Source: Camelus ferus
Taxonomy: Eukaryota
Direction of reading: 5' to 3'
DNA: 64,000 nt
Assembly: GCF_009834535.1 (NCBI RefSeq)
Contig: NC_045697.1
Coordinates: forward strand, 95,358,001 to 95,422,000
Below, one piece after another: positions 53,631-64,000 of this stretch (the stretch's first letter is position 1; every line of letters starts with the position of its first letter). The notes beneath the pieces were generated by a model, which did not search any database, was not told where the DNA came from, and saw only the letters and a list, made by a program, of their open reading frames with translations. The position numbers and the translations under genes were made by a program.

Positions 53631-55773
53631 TTCTCCAGCTTGTGCTTTGACATGCTGCTGTGGTCTTCTCAACACAGCTGTATGGAGTAAACACCTAAAG
53701 TATCTCTCACCAAAACTAAAGATATTTTACAGGAGTTACATAATTGTAAGGAAATCCAAAAAATATAGTTTGAAATATACTGTGCTTATACGTATTTTCA
53801 AGAGAACCATATAACCTGATCCCAGAGAAGTTATAAAACCTGCAATTTGTTTGTCAAACTGTAGAAAGCTTGTTGGATATATACAGTTGATATTAAAGAA
53901 ACTTTTATTAATAAATCTCTGAGCGAACAGATATCTTTTTCTGGAGGACTCAGAGACATTTCATCAACATTTTTCCCAACAAAAATTTGATCTGTGACAC
54001 CTAATCAAAAAGTTGTTCTATCTGGTTTGACATTTCTTTCACATTTCTGATATTCTCCTGTATATCTGCACTTTCCTTATGTGCAGAGAACCTATTTTAT
54101 TGCAGTCTCTACTCAGATTCTCTCTTTGTTCCTTGCCTCTATGGAGCTGAGTCAGGTTTGGAACATCTATCGACATCAAAGCAAACAGCACTTGCCTAAC
54201 TTCAAAAGCAGTCCTGAGTCTCAATCAATGGATACTAGAATCAGAGCAAAACATAAACAATAAGCAGGCATTTAATAATTTTACACCAGATTTTGAGGCA
54301 TTGTTTACAACTACCTGAGATTATACTTTATTATTAGAATAGTTAGTAGGGTATCCCAAAAGATTTGTACAGGATCATTCCTCACTGTTAGCACTCTCCT
54401 GTCACCATCACAGAAGGTGATGAAGAGTCTTTTCTCTCCTTTAATTCCCTCCAGTATGTCCCATTCATATGTTATCAAGCCATAGTCATATGCAGAAGGT
54501 GGTAAGAGATATTTTGATATAACTCTATAGCTTACTGATTCCTGGTTAACTTGATATTATCAAAGTGATTTGAGTTGAAATGTTCTCATTTGCATTTTTT
54601 AATACTACAGACTGATCCATAGTAAGTAATCTAATTTGCTTGTCTGCAAATTCTATTTTGTTGACATTTGTCAGTTTCAGTTTGCGGATACATATGAGTA
54701 TCTGCTTATCCTATGTTTCTTAATTTCATTTAACATTTTTTTTACGCCTCATTGCCTTAGCATGTTCTTGCTACTGTTCTGTTCAGTTCAGTTCAGTGAA
54801 TGTCTCTTAAATGATGTAAAATGCATCCTGGCCGATTACATACTCTCTTCTAGATACTCCACCAACCTTCAGCAAATCAAAATACTCTCAGCCTTTCCAT
54901 TTCTATAAATATCCTTTTTCCCTCCCCACACTCACTAGCTAAATGACTTTTGCTTGTGCATCATGTTACTAATGCTCAGTTAATCAAGGGAGATAAAGGT
55001 TGGGAGATCAAAATTTATTAATTTTTCCTGCTATAGAGAATATTTTAATATATAATAAGGAATTAAAGATAGACTATGGCTTCAGAGAAGTGTTTACATT
55101 TACTAAAATAAGAATTTCCTATTTCCATAGGCTAAATTGAAAATAATATCAGCTAGAAATTAAATATTTAATCATTGTCTATTTTAAGTTTGATTAACAA
55201 ATATATTTGTGTAATTGACTAGAAAGTAGATAATATGTGGAATTTCAACACACAATGCAGCTTTTCACCTTGTCTTGTTTGCTCATATCTAATATAAATT
55301 CCATCATTCTTATTGTTTGTGATTAAATTTAATAGCACAATAAAAGTTTATGAAAGGACCATCTCAAGCAAATATTTCATTGGATTTTTAACCTCATCCA
55401 TCAATTGTAGAAAACAAACACACACTGGTATTACTGCATCCTAGATAATCTTTTATAAGAAATAGAGTTATAAACCATCTACTACCTACTTAGGACACTG
55501 CATGAAAATGTATTTGTTTTTTCTGGTATAATAGTACTAAAGTACATGGTGGTATGATTTGGTTATAATTGCATTTTTTTTTTAATTTGGGAAATAATCA
55601 TGAAGTAATGGGAAAATATTGATTTGGAAAGAAATTTCTATTTCTATGAAAGCTGTTGTGATTTTTTTTTTCCTGAGTATTGTTTTATTTCTTATATCCA
55701 TATTCCTGACACAATAAGAAAGTTATAAAATGTCCCCATTTTATACAACCTGTTAGGCAGTGACTCCCCACTA

Positions 55774-56248
55774 TGTATTAACTTCCTATTGCTACTGTAA
55801 CAAACTCTCACAAACTTAGTGGCTTAAAACAACACAAATTTGTCAGCTCCTGTAAGGTTAGAAGTCTGACACAGGTCATGCTAGGCTAAAACCAAGGTGT
55901 CCAGGGTTATGTTCTTTTCTGGAGGGACTGGAAACATTCTGTTTTCTTGCCTTTTCTAGCACCGAGAGTCCACTACGTTCCTTGGCTCCCTTCTATGTTC
56001 AGTGTCAGCAAGGCTGCATCTCTCTGCCCATCTTTCCCTTGTCATGTGTCCCTCTGACCACAGCCAAAAATGTTAGCCTTTCAGGACCCATGTGATTAAA
56101 TTAAAACCACTTGAATAATGTAGGGCAATCTCCCTCCTTCATTTAAACATACCTGCAAAGGCAATTTTGCCATGTGCAATACCACACTCACAGTTTTGGG
56201 TGACTGAGATGTGAACATCTTTGGTGGGCAGCTTTTCTGCCTACCCTA
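55774..56248 (-). mobile_element. MLT1D-like MaLR solo LTR
   Basis: tgtattaacttcctattgctactgtaacaaa...ttagtggcttaaaacaacac...tctgcctacc; 5-bp TSD cacta/cactg. Confidence 0.88.
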
Positions 56249-57179
56249 CACTGTGTATGAGAAAGACATGCAGATGTCAGCAACAGATTTGCCAACAAAT
56301 TAACAAAAAATTTCTAAATCATAATGAGTTATCTTAAGTGTATAATTACAAAGAATTTAATGGATGATTATTTTATAATCAAATAAATCATTTTATTTCT
56401 CAAGATTAAAAATGAATCAGGAATATGAATTACTTTCTGTGATAATATTAAAGGGAATATGACTGTCTTTTTTGTTTCTTTTTTCCTCCCCTCCTCCTTC
56501 CTTTTCTTTCTCGCCTTCTCTCTTTTCCTTCCTCCCTTTCTTTTTTCCTTATCCAGAAATAATAATACATTTGTGTTTTAAATATAAAGGGAAATATTGT
56601 TGTTTCATAATCAATTCATGACAATGTCTTACAAACTTCATTACTTTAACATAAATTTAGCTAATTTCAACTTTTTTTTCCTGAATGCACATGATACTAT
56701 CAAGTCTTATTTGTCCATCTGCCAAAGTGTGAAGATTTGTGTGTGTTAGGGTGATATATTTTAAACACATAGGCTGTACAGAATAGCCAAATTGCCATAA
56801 AACTGCTTTCTAGATATGTGTGTTTTAGCATGTCACATTGAGACCTGACAGCTTCATTCTATCCTGATTTAAACTGGCTTGAACAAAATATGTAGCTTTT
56901 ATCCCCTTAAGTATTATAAAATCACAATAGTTATTGAGAAAATCAGGGTCATGGGAGAAGTTTAGCTGTAAGAATTGACTGAATGATCTTTGATTATTGA
57001 TCAGTTACAATCGGCTAGTTCAGTAGTTTCGTTCTTTCTTTGACATACCTTCTTTTCACTGTTCAACCATTCAGTTAATGAGGCAATGCAGTAATTCTGA
57101 TGTAAGACAAACCCTGATTTGCTGCCAATAGTTCCCAACCTCGTGCAGTTTCACTGGCACAATGTTAAGAACTTGACAG

Positions 57180-57380
57180 ATGTACCCCCATGTTGCTCCC
57201 TTAATTCTCCTATCACTTGTCATCACCTGGGAGAAGCATTTGCTCATTTCTGAGCACCACACTAGATTCCAAGGTCCATGAAGAAAGGCTATTTGTCTCT
57301 TTTGTTCACCACTGTATCCCTAGTGCCTATTGTTACTGGTATATGGTAGGTGCTCAGAAAATATTTGATGAATTAATACC
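57180..57380 (+). mobile_element. L2 3' end
   Basis: cactagattccaaggtccatgaag...tttgttcaccactgtatccctagtgcct...gtaggtgctcagaaaatatttgatgaat. Confidence 0.8.
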
Positions 57381-58483
57381 TACATGCTTAAAGAAACAGA
57401 GACAATTTCTTCATCACACAAGTTTTAAGAGAGGTTATTGCAAAGACTATATCAACTTTGGTGCTGTTGCCTGAAAAAATAAATTTGCCTTTTGTGTCAT
57501 GTGTTTAAAATGTGTTTGAAGAATGAACACTTCAATTAATAAGTGTTTTTTCACATATTTTCTATGCAGCAATGATTTTGTTAACGCAGTACCTTGCACG
57601 TCAATGCCTTATTGACTTTACACATGTATGCTCTCAACCTACAGAATCCTCTGAATTCCAGTTACAAATATGTTTTCAAAAGTCCTTCATAGGAAGATAA
57701 ATACTTTCTACTTGCTGGCAGTCTAATTTATCTTGTGTTTTATTCAATATAAGTAATTCCTATTGTTTCTCATAGATTTCCTACCACTTGCCAATAAACT
57801 ACAAATCTATAAAGTCATGTTTATATCAATCTATATAATTGTATTAGTATGAGTTGATCCATGATTGCTATGAAATCAAGTATTGGATATTAGGCACCAG
57901 GGATGTAATGATCATACAAAGTTTCTGCACTCAAATTTTCATTTTTAAAAAATAGCCATTCAACATAATGCACTTTTGACAGTTAAGACTAGCAAAAATA
58001 GCAATGCAGGTAACTGTATTTTAATGCAAATTAGATATGCATGTACAAAGATTCAACTTTCTGAAGTAAAAATCACACAGAATAGTCTTCACAACGAAAA
58101 TGAGTTGAAAATTTTAGCATTTTTTTGTGAAGGTAAAACAACAAATTTTAGCATAAACTTTCCTTTACTCAAACTTTGGGAAATTTACATTGTACATATG
58201 GCACATACATATCTTAACATTAGATACTTCAACCACATAAAACTATTCAGTCTTGCCATACACTTTTCTTAACTTTTGTTGCCACATTGACAGTATGTAA
58301 AAAATCAAATTTCTAATTTTATGTTTATTTCTTATAGCTATAACATGCCTGCTTCAACAACAAAAAATATTTGATACTGAAAGCACTTCCCACTCCATCT
58401 TTAAGTAGTTTCATATAATTATTCTAAAGGCAAGATAAAAATTTTGAGATGACATGTGTGTTACATGTATATGTATTTGTATA

Positions 58484-58567
58484 TTCCCATTGGAATTGCT
58501 AACTTAAAAATATGTCCTTAATGCTTTCCCATTGGAATTGCTAACTTAAAAAACTGTCCTTAATGCT
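58484..58567. repeat. 42-bp tandem duplication (40/42 identical)
   Basis: ttcccattggaattgctaacttaaaaa(ta/ac)tgtccttaatgct x2. Confidence 0.95.
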
Positions 58568-58639
58568 TTCAGGTTTTTTAGAACCTTTTTTAGGTTTCTT
58601 ATCTGCTTTTCAAAAGACAGCCTTATGCTTTGGTTGCTT

Positions 58640-59215
58640 CCTGTCTCCTATTCCTTTTATCCCAAACTCCATCCACATACACATCTCACTGATGGGTTAC
58701 TTTATATGTCTTTGAGAAATTAAAATTCTTCATTTTTTCTCATTTTTCTATCATCAAATCTAATTACTGACATGCATCTACATAGACATCTTTTTTCTCA
58801 TTGGAGGAGAAGCTTTCCCCTCTTGCCCAAAGTCCTTTTCCCACATGAGGACATTACCCTGCATGTCATCCCTTTTCACGCTCCGTAGCACCCTGCTCTG
58901 GCCACTAGGCCTTGTTTCTTCGGCATCACCAGTGCCCACGATTTGTGAAATCATTCCTGACAGCATTCATATTTAATTTAATTCTGTCTCATAAGAAAAT
59001 CTTTTTATGACTACAAATTGTTCTCCAAATACTTTACCACTTCTCTTCACAAAATTTTCAAAAGGGTAAACCAGATATGCTGACTCCGTATGCTCTGCTA
59101 CATTCACTACTCCACCCCCTGCAATTGTATTTATGCCTTAACAGCCAATTGATGCCCATCTTGCCATATTTGTCAACAGTATCTCAAGTGCCATGTTTCA
59201 TCAACACTCTTCTAT
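58640..59215 (+). mobile_element. Degraded L2 ORF2 fragment
   Basis: Pyrimidine-rich L2-like tract, e.g. cattcactactccaccccctgcaa. Confidence 0.45.
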
Positions 59216-59949
59216 ACCCTTATATGCCGATGGGCAAGTTGGAGAGGTTTGGGGCCTGCTGACTTGTATTAGCCAAACTAAATGGCATGTGGGCCTCAGC
59301 ATCTGTCATGTTCGGTTTAAACAATAGGTTATGGAAGCATTTGAGTCTCTGAATTACAATTCTAATGAAGGTATCCAGCCTGATAATAATAAGACCAACA
59401 ATCAACAGGAGAATGTGCAGCTGCACCTGACGGATTCACTGTCTGATGTTGATTCTTTTCCTTGTATGTATTATTACCAAAGAAGAACTGTCTAGTTTAT
59501 TATTATCAGATAAGATTTTATCTCTTTGATTGTGATTTTTTTTTTTTTTTTTACTTCCTGAGTATTTGGTAATTCACAGTGTTGGAATGGCCCTGGAGTA
59601 CTAATTTTAATTTTTGGAGGAAATCAGAGGGAGAACATAGATTAATTCACTATACTTTTTACCTATACTCCCCACAGGTGGGTTCCATACCAGAAGGGCA
59701 GGTGCTAGGACCGTAGGACAATTTATGGTTAATGGATCTCAGGAAAGTGTTCCCCCTCCATCTGGCCTCTAGTCCTGTGGGATAGGAAAAGTCTCAAAAA
59801 TCTATAAAGATAGGGGAGGCATTATTAACAGGCCTCATATATAATGAGTATTTATTTTTACATGGGGGTGAGATATACCCCACTTCAATATGAGAAAGAG
59901 AATTGGGAAATGTTGTTTTTTTTTTTTTAACTGGTGTGATTTGGCCAAG

Positions 59950-60911
59950 GAGTCTCAAAATTAGAGAAATTAAAATCTTGGGCAAAATAGAGTCCCATTT
60001 AGGGGTTGATTTGTCAGATGAGTTTAGAAAGGAGTTGTTTGAGGAGACAATTTGTTCCTAAATTAAACTGGCTGCCTGGAACTTATCAAGAAAATGTATG
60101 TTTTATTGAACGTCTTTCACTTCTTAAAATACAGCATGATATATTTTGAGATGCGAAGTGTGTGCCCTGTCACTGTCAGGAGTGTCTGAAGCTCCAAACG
60201 GAAACAAGTCGAAGCTGGTGAGGCCTTGTGTTGCAGCCTTGAAATACGTAGAGACGTTTGACCTCAATTTATATTTTGGATATCTGTGCGGAAAAAAAGA
60301 CTTCCAGAATTCTTTCCTCTGCAGGAAACAAGTTTGTAAAAATGTTTGGATGCGGTCATTTGTTGGCCAAGGCATCTAGTGTAAACTGTCTTAAATTTAG
60401 CCAGTTGTGTTCACCCCAGGTCCTGCCTTTTATCAAGGACATCCTGCTTAAGGGGTGGAAAATAGTAACATTCTCCTGAGTTCCATGACGTATGATGGTG
60501 GCAATGCCATCTGTAGGGTCTAAAAACTCTCCTTATTGCTCAGTTAATCAAGGTGCTCCCTAGGTAGCCATGGGTCTGGGGAAGGAGTGACCTTCTCTAG
60601 CATGATGGCATCTGATGGGGACTGAGGACAGTGGAATATTCCACCCCTACAGATGGAATATGGCAGACAGCCTGGAGTTAGCTCTATCTTGTTTCAAGAA
60701 TGTCTTAGTAACTCCTTCGAGCTAATGGGGTGTTACTTTCATGATTCCAAAGCATAATCAGCATGTGGGGAAAGAGGGTCAAAGGCTCAGGGTCTGTGAG
60801 AGCCTCTACTTTTAAAAGAGCCCAATAGATGGCTGGTAATTGCTGCTCTAATGGTATGTGTACACACAGGGCTAAGTAGGGCAGGTCTTTGTATTGGAAG
60901 CCTTTTGTCAA
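59950..60911 (-). pseudogene. pol: ERVL-type pol remnants (RT connection, RNase H, integrase)
   Basis: PLEQQLPAIYWALLKVEALT...LIMLW (cf. ERV-L PFERQLLACYWALVETERLT...PIMNW); TDGIAT; FGASDTPDSDR-HF; QAASLI..TNCLLKQLL (cf. PEAAGLIERWNGLLK); KWDSILPKIL. Confidence 0.75.
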
Positions 60912-62150
60912 CTTGTGGCCATATAATAGATGATCTATAGAGTCTAGGAGGCATAAGAGGTGGTTGCCAGAACTTTTACAGAGAAGGAATCTCCCAGGGC
61001 ACTAACAGGAGTGTCTGTTGATTTTAAAGTCAAAACGGGCTGATTTGGAAATAGCATCAGTAAGATTTAAGTAAAATTAGTAGATGAGAAATATGTTGCC
61101 TCTAGAAGCCAAAAAGGACTAAATAACTTTGTATTTGTAAGTCTTTAGTGAGTCAGACAAATCATTTTTGGAGAATGTCATTGATGTAATGTCATACCTT
61201 TGCTCCTGGAGAAAGGTGAGTGTAGTTAGAATCTTATCTGCAAAGACTGTGTGTGATGGCAAACTTCTTGAGGTCTCCTAAGTGTAGCCTAGTGAAGACG
61301 TGTTGTGTCTTTTCAGACAAAAACAAATTGTGGCTAAAAAAGGCTGCTGAAATAAGACACTGAATAGAACTCATTAGCCAATGGATACTAACAAAATATT
61401 TATTGGTTGTTGATTAGATGGAATTAGCAATTTTAATAATACTGGATTATTAGGTACAGGACCTTCAGTGAATGAGACCACAGTATTAAGTCCATAGTAA
61501 ACTACCATGAAGCACAATTCCTTCTTTTAGGTCTTAAAGAAAGGAAAAATTGGGCCATCTTGTGGTGAAGTAGTGGGGGAAAGTCTCCTGCTTATCAATT
61601 GGGTCCTAAATAATAAGTTCTAATTTTTGAAGATTTTGTTTTAATTTATATTGTATCATATTAATCATTTTACCTGGAGGTTTGTGGGGTCCCCATTTTG
61701 TGAAGCCAGTTGTGTCAAAGACTTTAATTTTAATTTAATTTATTACTCCTTGTGTCAGTTTGTATGGCCACTATGGGAGATTTTAGGGCAGTGGGCACTC
61801 TACCTATGGAAAATCTAGGCAAGGCTATAGCTAAGGTGAACCATATCTATTTTTAAAAATTTTATGTTATTTTCCTAAGATTATAAGGGTACAGTGTTTA
61901 AGTTTAGTGATTCCAAATATAACTGTAATTTGAACCACAGTATTAAGTAACTGAAGCTTTGACAATTCATGCATTTTAGCAAGTGTTTAAGTTAATTTAG
62001 GATTCAAGTTGTAACACACAAACCAAACCAATCAGCACCCTTTAAATCTTTTAACTATATAAATTATATTAGTAAACTTTAGATTTATATTGGGTCAAAT
62101 TATGGAACTTTATTTTAATTTAATAACAAAAATATGTAAATATGTGTGTG

Positions 62151-62181
<31 letters not shown>

Positions 62182-62475
62182 TTTCTTCAACCTATATGCA
62201 AGTGTCTTTAAATTCCATTCTTCTTGTTTTTGTCACTGGATATATTTGGGTGTACATGCGAGTTGGGGTAGGGGTGCAAGTTCTCTTCACTGTGAATCGT
62301 ATTTACATGTCTTTGGTCTAGATAGCCTCACGTCAATTTTGTCTCAGGGTAGAGACATCCCCCGTGGCAATGGATATGTGCCTTAAGGAGCTCGGGTTTC
62401 AGTTGGGTTTGAATTAACCCCTTGACTGTGCCCCAGGGGTACCGCGGGTGTTTTCTCCTCTAACCCTGAGGTGGG

Positions 62476-62547
62476 GGCAGCAGTGGTGTAGCTGTAGGTC
62501 ACTGGACCCACAGGCCAGAGGTTTGGGATTGAACCCATCCTCTACTT
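62476..62547 (+). tRNA. Decayed full-length initiator tRNA-Met copy (pseudogene) inside the ERV leader
   Basis: ggcagcagtggtgtagctgtaggtcactggacccacaggccagaggtttgggattgaacccatcctctactt aligns end to end with recalled vertebrate tRNA-iMet (about 51/72 by hand); anticodon now CAC. Confidence 0.75.
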
Positions 62548-62769
62548 CAGCCCCACCTTTTCCCACCCTCAGGGTGTTCCCACCCCACCTCTCTTTTGGG
62601 GCTTCCAGCCACCTAAAACCAAGGCTTTTAGTTTGTCTCCATTTGATAATGGATGCACTGTGGGGTCAGGGCAGGGAGCCAGAGTAGTGTGCCTGATGGA
62701 CAGTTGTCTCTCCTTCTGAGCCTTCCCCAGTCTACCTCCAGTGATGAGGTTTGCACTGTCAGGGCTAAA

Positions 62770-63045
62770 GCGGCCTCTCAGCTGGCTACTTTGAAAAATG
62801 ATGCTCCGGGCTTGGGGGTTGTCTTTAGTTGTTAGGTACCTGGTCCTGGACAATTAGAGTCAGTACATAGTGACCCCTGGAGCATGAGAACCTGACAAAG
62901 GGAGTAGTTGGGATGTGGATTTAATCAGCTGCTCCTGAAGGGGGATTGACCTGCATTTAGCCAGGGCCTCAAAACTGGGTCAAGGCAGCATTAAAAACAA
63001 ATAAACAAACAGAACAAAGCTTATGTTATAGGTTCTAGTTCAACA
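62770..63045 (-). mobile_element. Partial ERVL LTR (LTR53/MER73/MER74-group-like), U3 portion
   Basis: Minus strand: atgctgccttgacccagttttgaggccctggcta...gagcagctgattaaatccacatccc...ccaggtacctaacaactaaagacaacccc. Confidence 0.65.
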
Positions 63046-63379
63046 GTGCAAGTACATATAAGCAAATATATGCACACACATATATTTTTCAAATTTGGCA
63101 ATTTTATATTTAAATGTCCAATTACTAAGGCAAGTTATCTTTTTTTATTAAAAAAAAATTCTTTTAGGACCTTAAATATGATTTTAGAATTTTCTTAATA
63201 TTATTTCTCTTTCTTGTTGAATTTAGTACTAAATGTTTAAGTATTTTTTCCCTTTAACTTTCTATAAGTCATTATAAATACCATTTTAGTTTCTCTCTAT
63301 TAACAGAGAATCACTGACTTTTTAATAGTTGTTTGACTTTTATCAAGAATTTTTAACATCTATTTGTATGACTCTGTGT

Positions 63380-63720
63380 ACATTTACCATAATAGACTAT
63401 TTTGATGTTTCCTACTATTGAAATATTTTGGATTCATGGAATGAATACTCGTTGTTCATAAAGGCTTATTCTTAGTATTCTGTGATGGGTGACAGAGATT
63501 ATACTTTACGTAGAGCTTTGTGCTGATATTCATTAATGAAACCAACCTATGACTTTCTTGTATCCTCTTACACTACTTTTTTCTTTAAATTACGGTCATG
63601 CTTACTTAAAAACATATATAGAGGAGACTTTGATCCTTCCTTCTGATTAGGAAAAATCTAAATAACTTTGGGACTATCTGCTCTTTATAATTAAGTAGAA
63701 ATTAGAAAAGCCATCTGTTC
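63380..63720 (-). mobile_element. Old L1 ORF2 remnant
   Basis: ggattcatggaatgaatactcg...gtgctgatattcattaatgaa resembles antisense L1 RT region. Confidence 0.45.
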
Positions 63721-64000
63721 CTAGTGCCAGTTTTAATTGAGTTCTTCAATCTCTTTTAAAACTCTGTTATTGTAGTTTTTTCAAGCACTCTCCTATTAGG
63801 GTATTTTTGACAATATATGTTTTGCTTGAAGTTATTATATTTAATTTTTAGAATGTATTATCTTTAAATTGCTGCATATTACATAGTAGATGATTAAAAG
63901 CCTTCTGTAGTTTTAGTTACGTCTTGTTTTCGTTCTTAGACTTGTATACATTTGTTCAGTTTATTTTTCTGTAAGGAGGGTCATAATAAATTTACCAGTT

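Larger units (their letters stand above)
59220..63045 (-). mobile_element. Truncated class III (ERVL-like) provirus: partial 5' LTR, leader, decayed pol; no 3' LTR seen
   Basis: Minus-strand LTR start TGTTGAA at 63045; pol remnants in correct order on the minus strand. Confidence 0.75.

Noticed and set aside
53800..54070. About 50 open codons on the minus strand, possible exon or processed pseudogene
   Set aside because: No recognisable homology, splice signals or poly(A)/TSD.
58484..58567. CRISPR-like array
   Set aside because: Only two adjacent copies with no spacers, in eukaryotic DNA.
60631..60644. Perfect 14-bp palindrome gtggaatattccac
   Set aside because: 7-bp arms are expected a few times by chance in 64 kb.
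62476..62547. Functional tRNA gene or ordinary PBS
   Set aside because: Anticodon and stems are mutated; the match covers the whole tRNA and does not abut an LTR end.
1..64000. Supplied ORFs as real genes
   Set aside because: All are 149 aa or shorter, often low complexity or inside repeats; none resembles an intact cellular protein, and no coherent exon chain was seen.

Overview
AT-rich mammalian non-coding DNA (intergenic or deep intronic). I found no intact protein-coding gene, rRNA or CRISPR array. The listed ORFs are chance ORFs or decayed retroelement frames. The youngest LINE-1 3' ends and ERV1 LTRs look cetartiodactyl. Alu, B1, Bov-tA/BovB, PRE1 and SINEC were not seen, which fits a camelid best (inference). 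The window is a layered fossil record of L1, L2, MaLR/ERVL LTRs and MER5/Tigger/hAT DNA transposons. Larger elements are a 5'-inverted (twin-primed) L1 at ~33.7-36.05 kb, a two-LTR MER4-group ERV1 provirus at 47920-53204 carrying gag and env remnants plus a nested solo LTR, and a truncated class III (ERVL-like) provirus on the minus strand at ~59.2-63.05 kb. Two signals stand out: (1) a full-length decayed initiator tRNA-Met copy lying antisense in the class III ERV leader, enclosed by inverted repeats and followed by T4, with a second Pol III-like unit beside it; (2) an LTR at ~6.55-7.24 kb containing a degenerate piece of APOA4-like coding sequence. Repeat family names and reference sequences are recalled from memory, not searched. 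Boundaries of old repeats are approximate.
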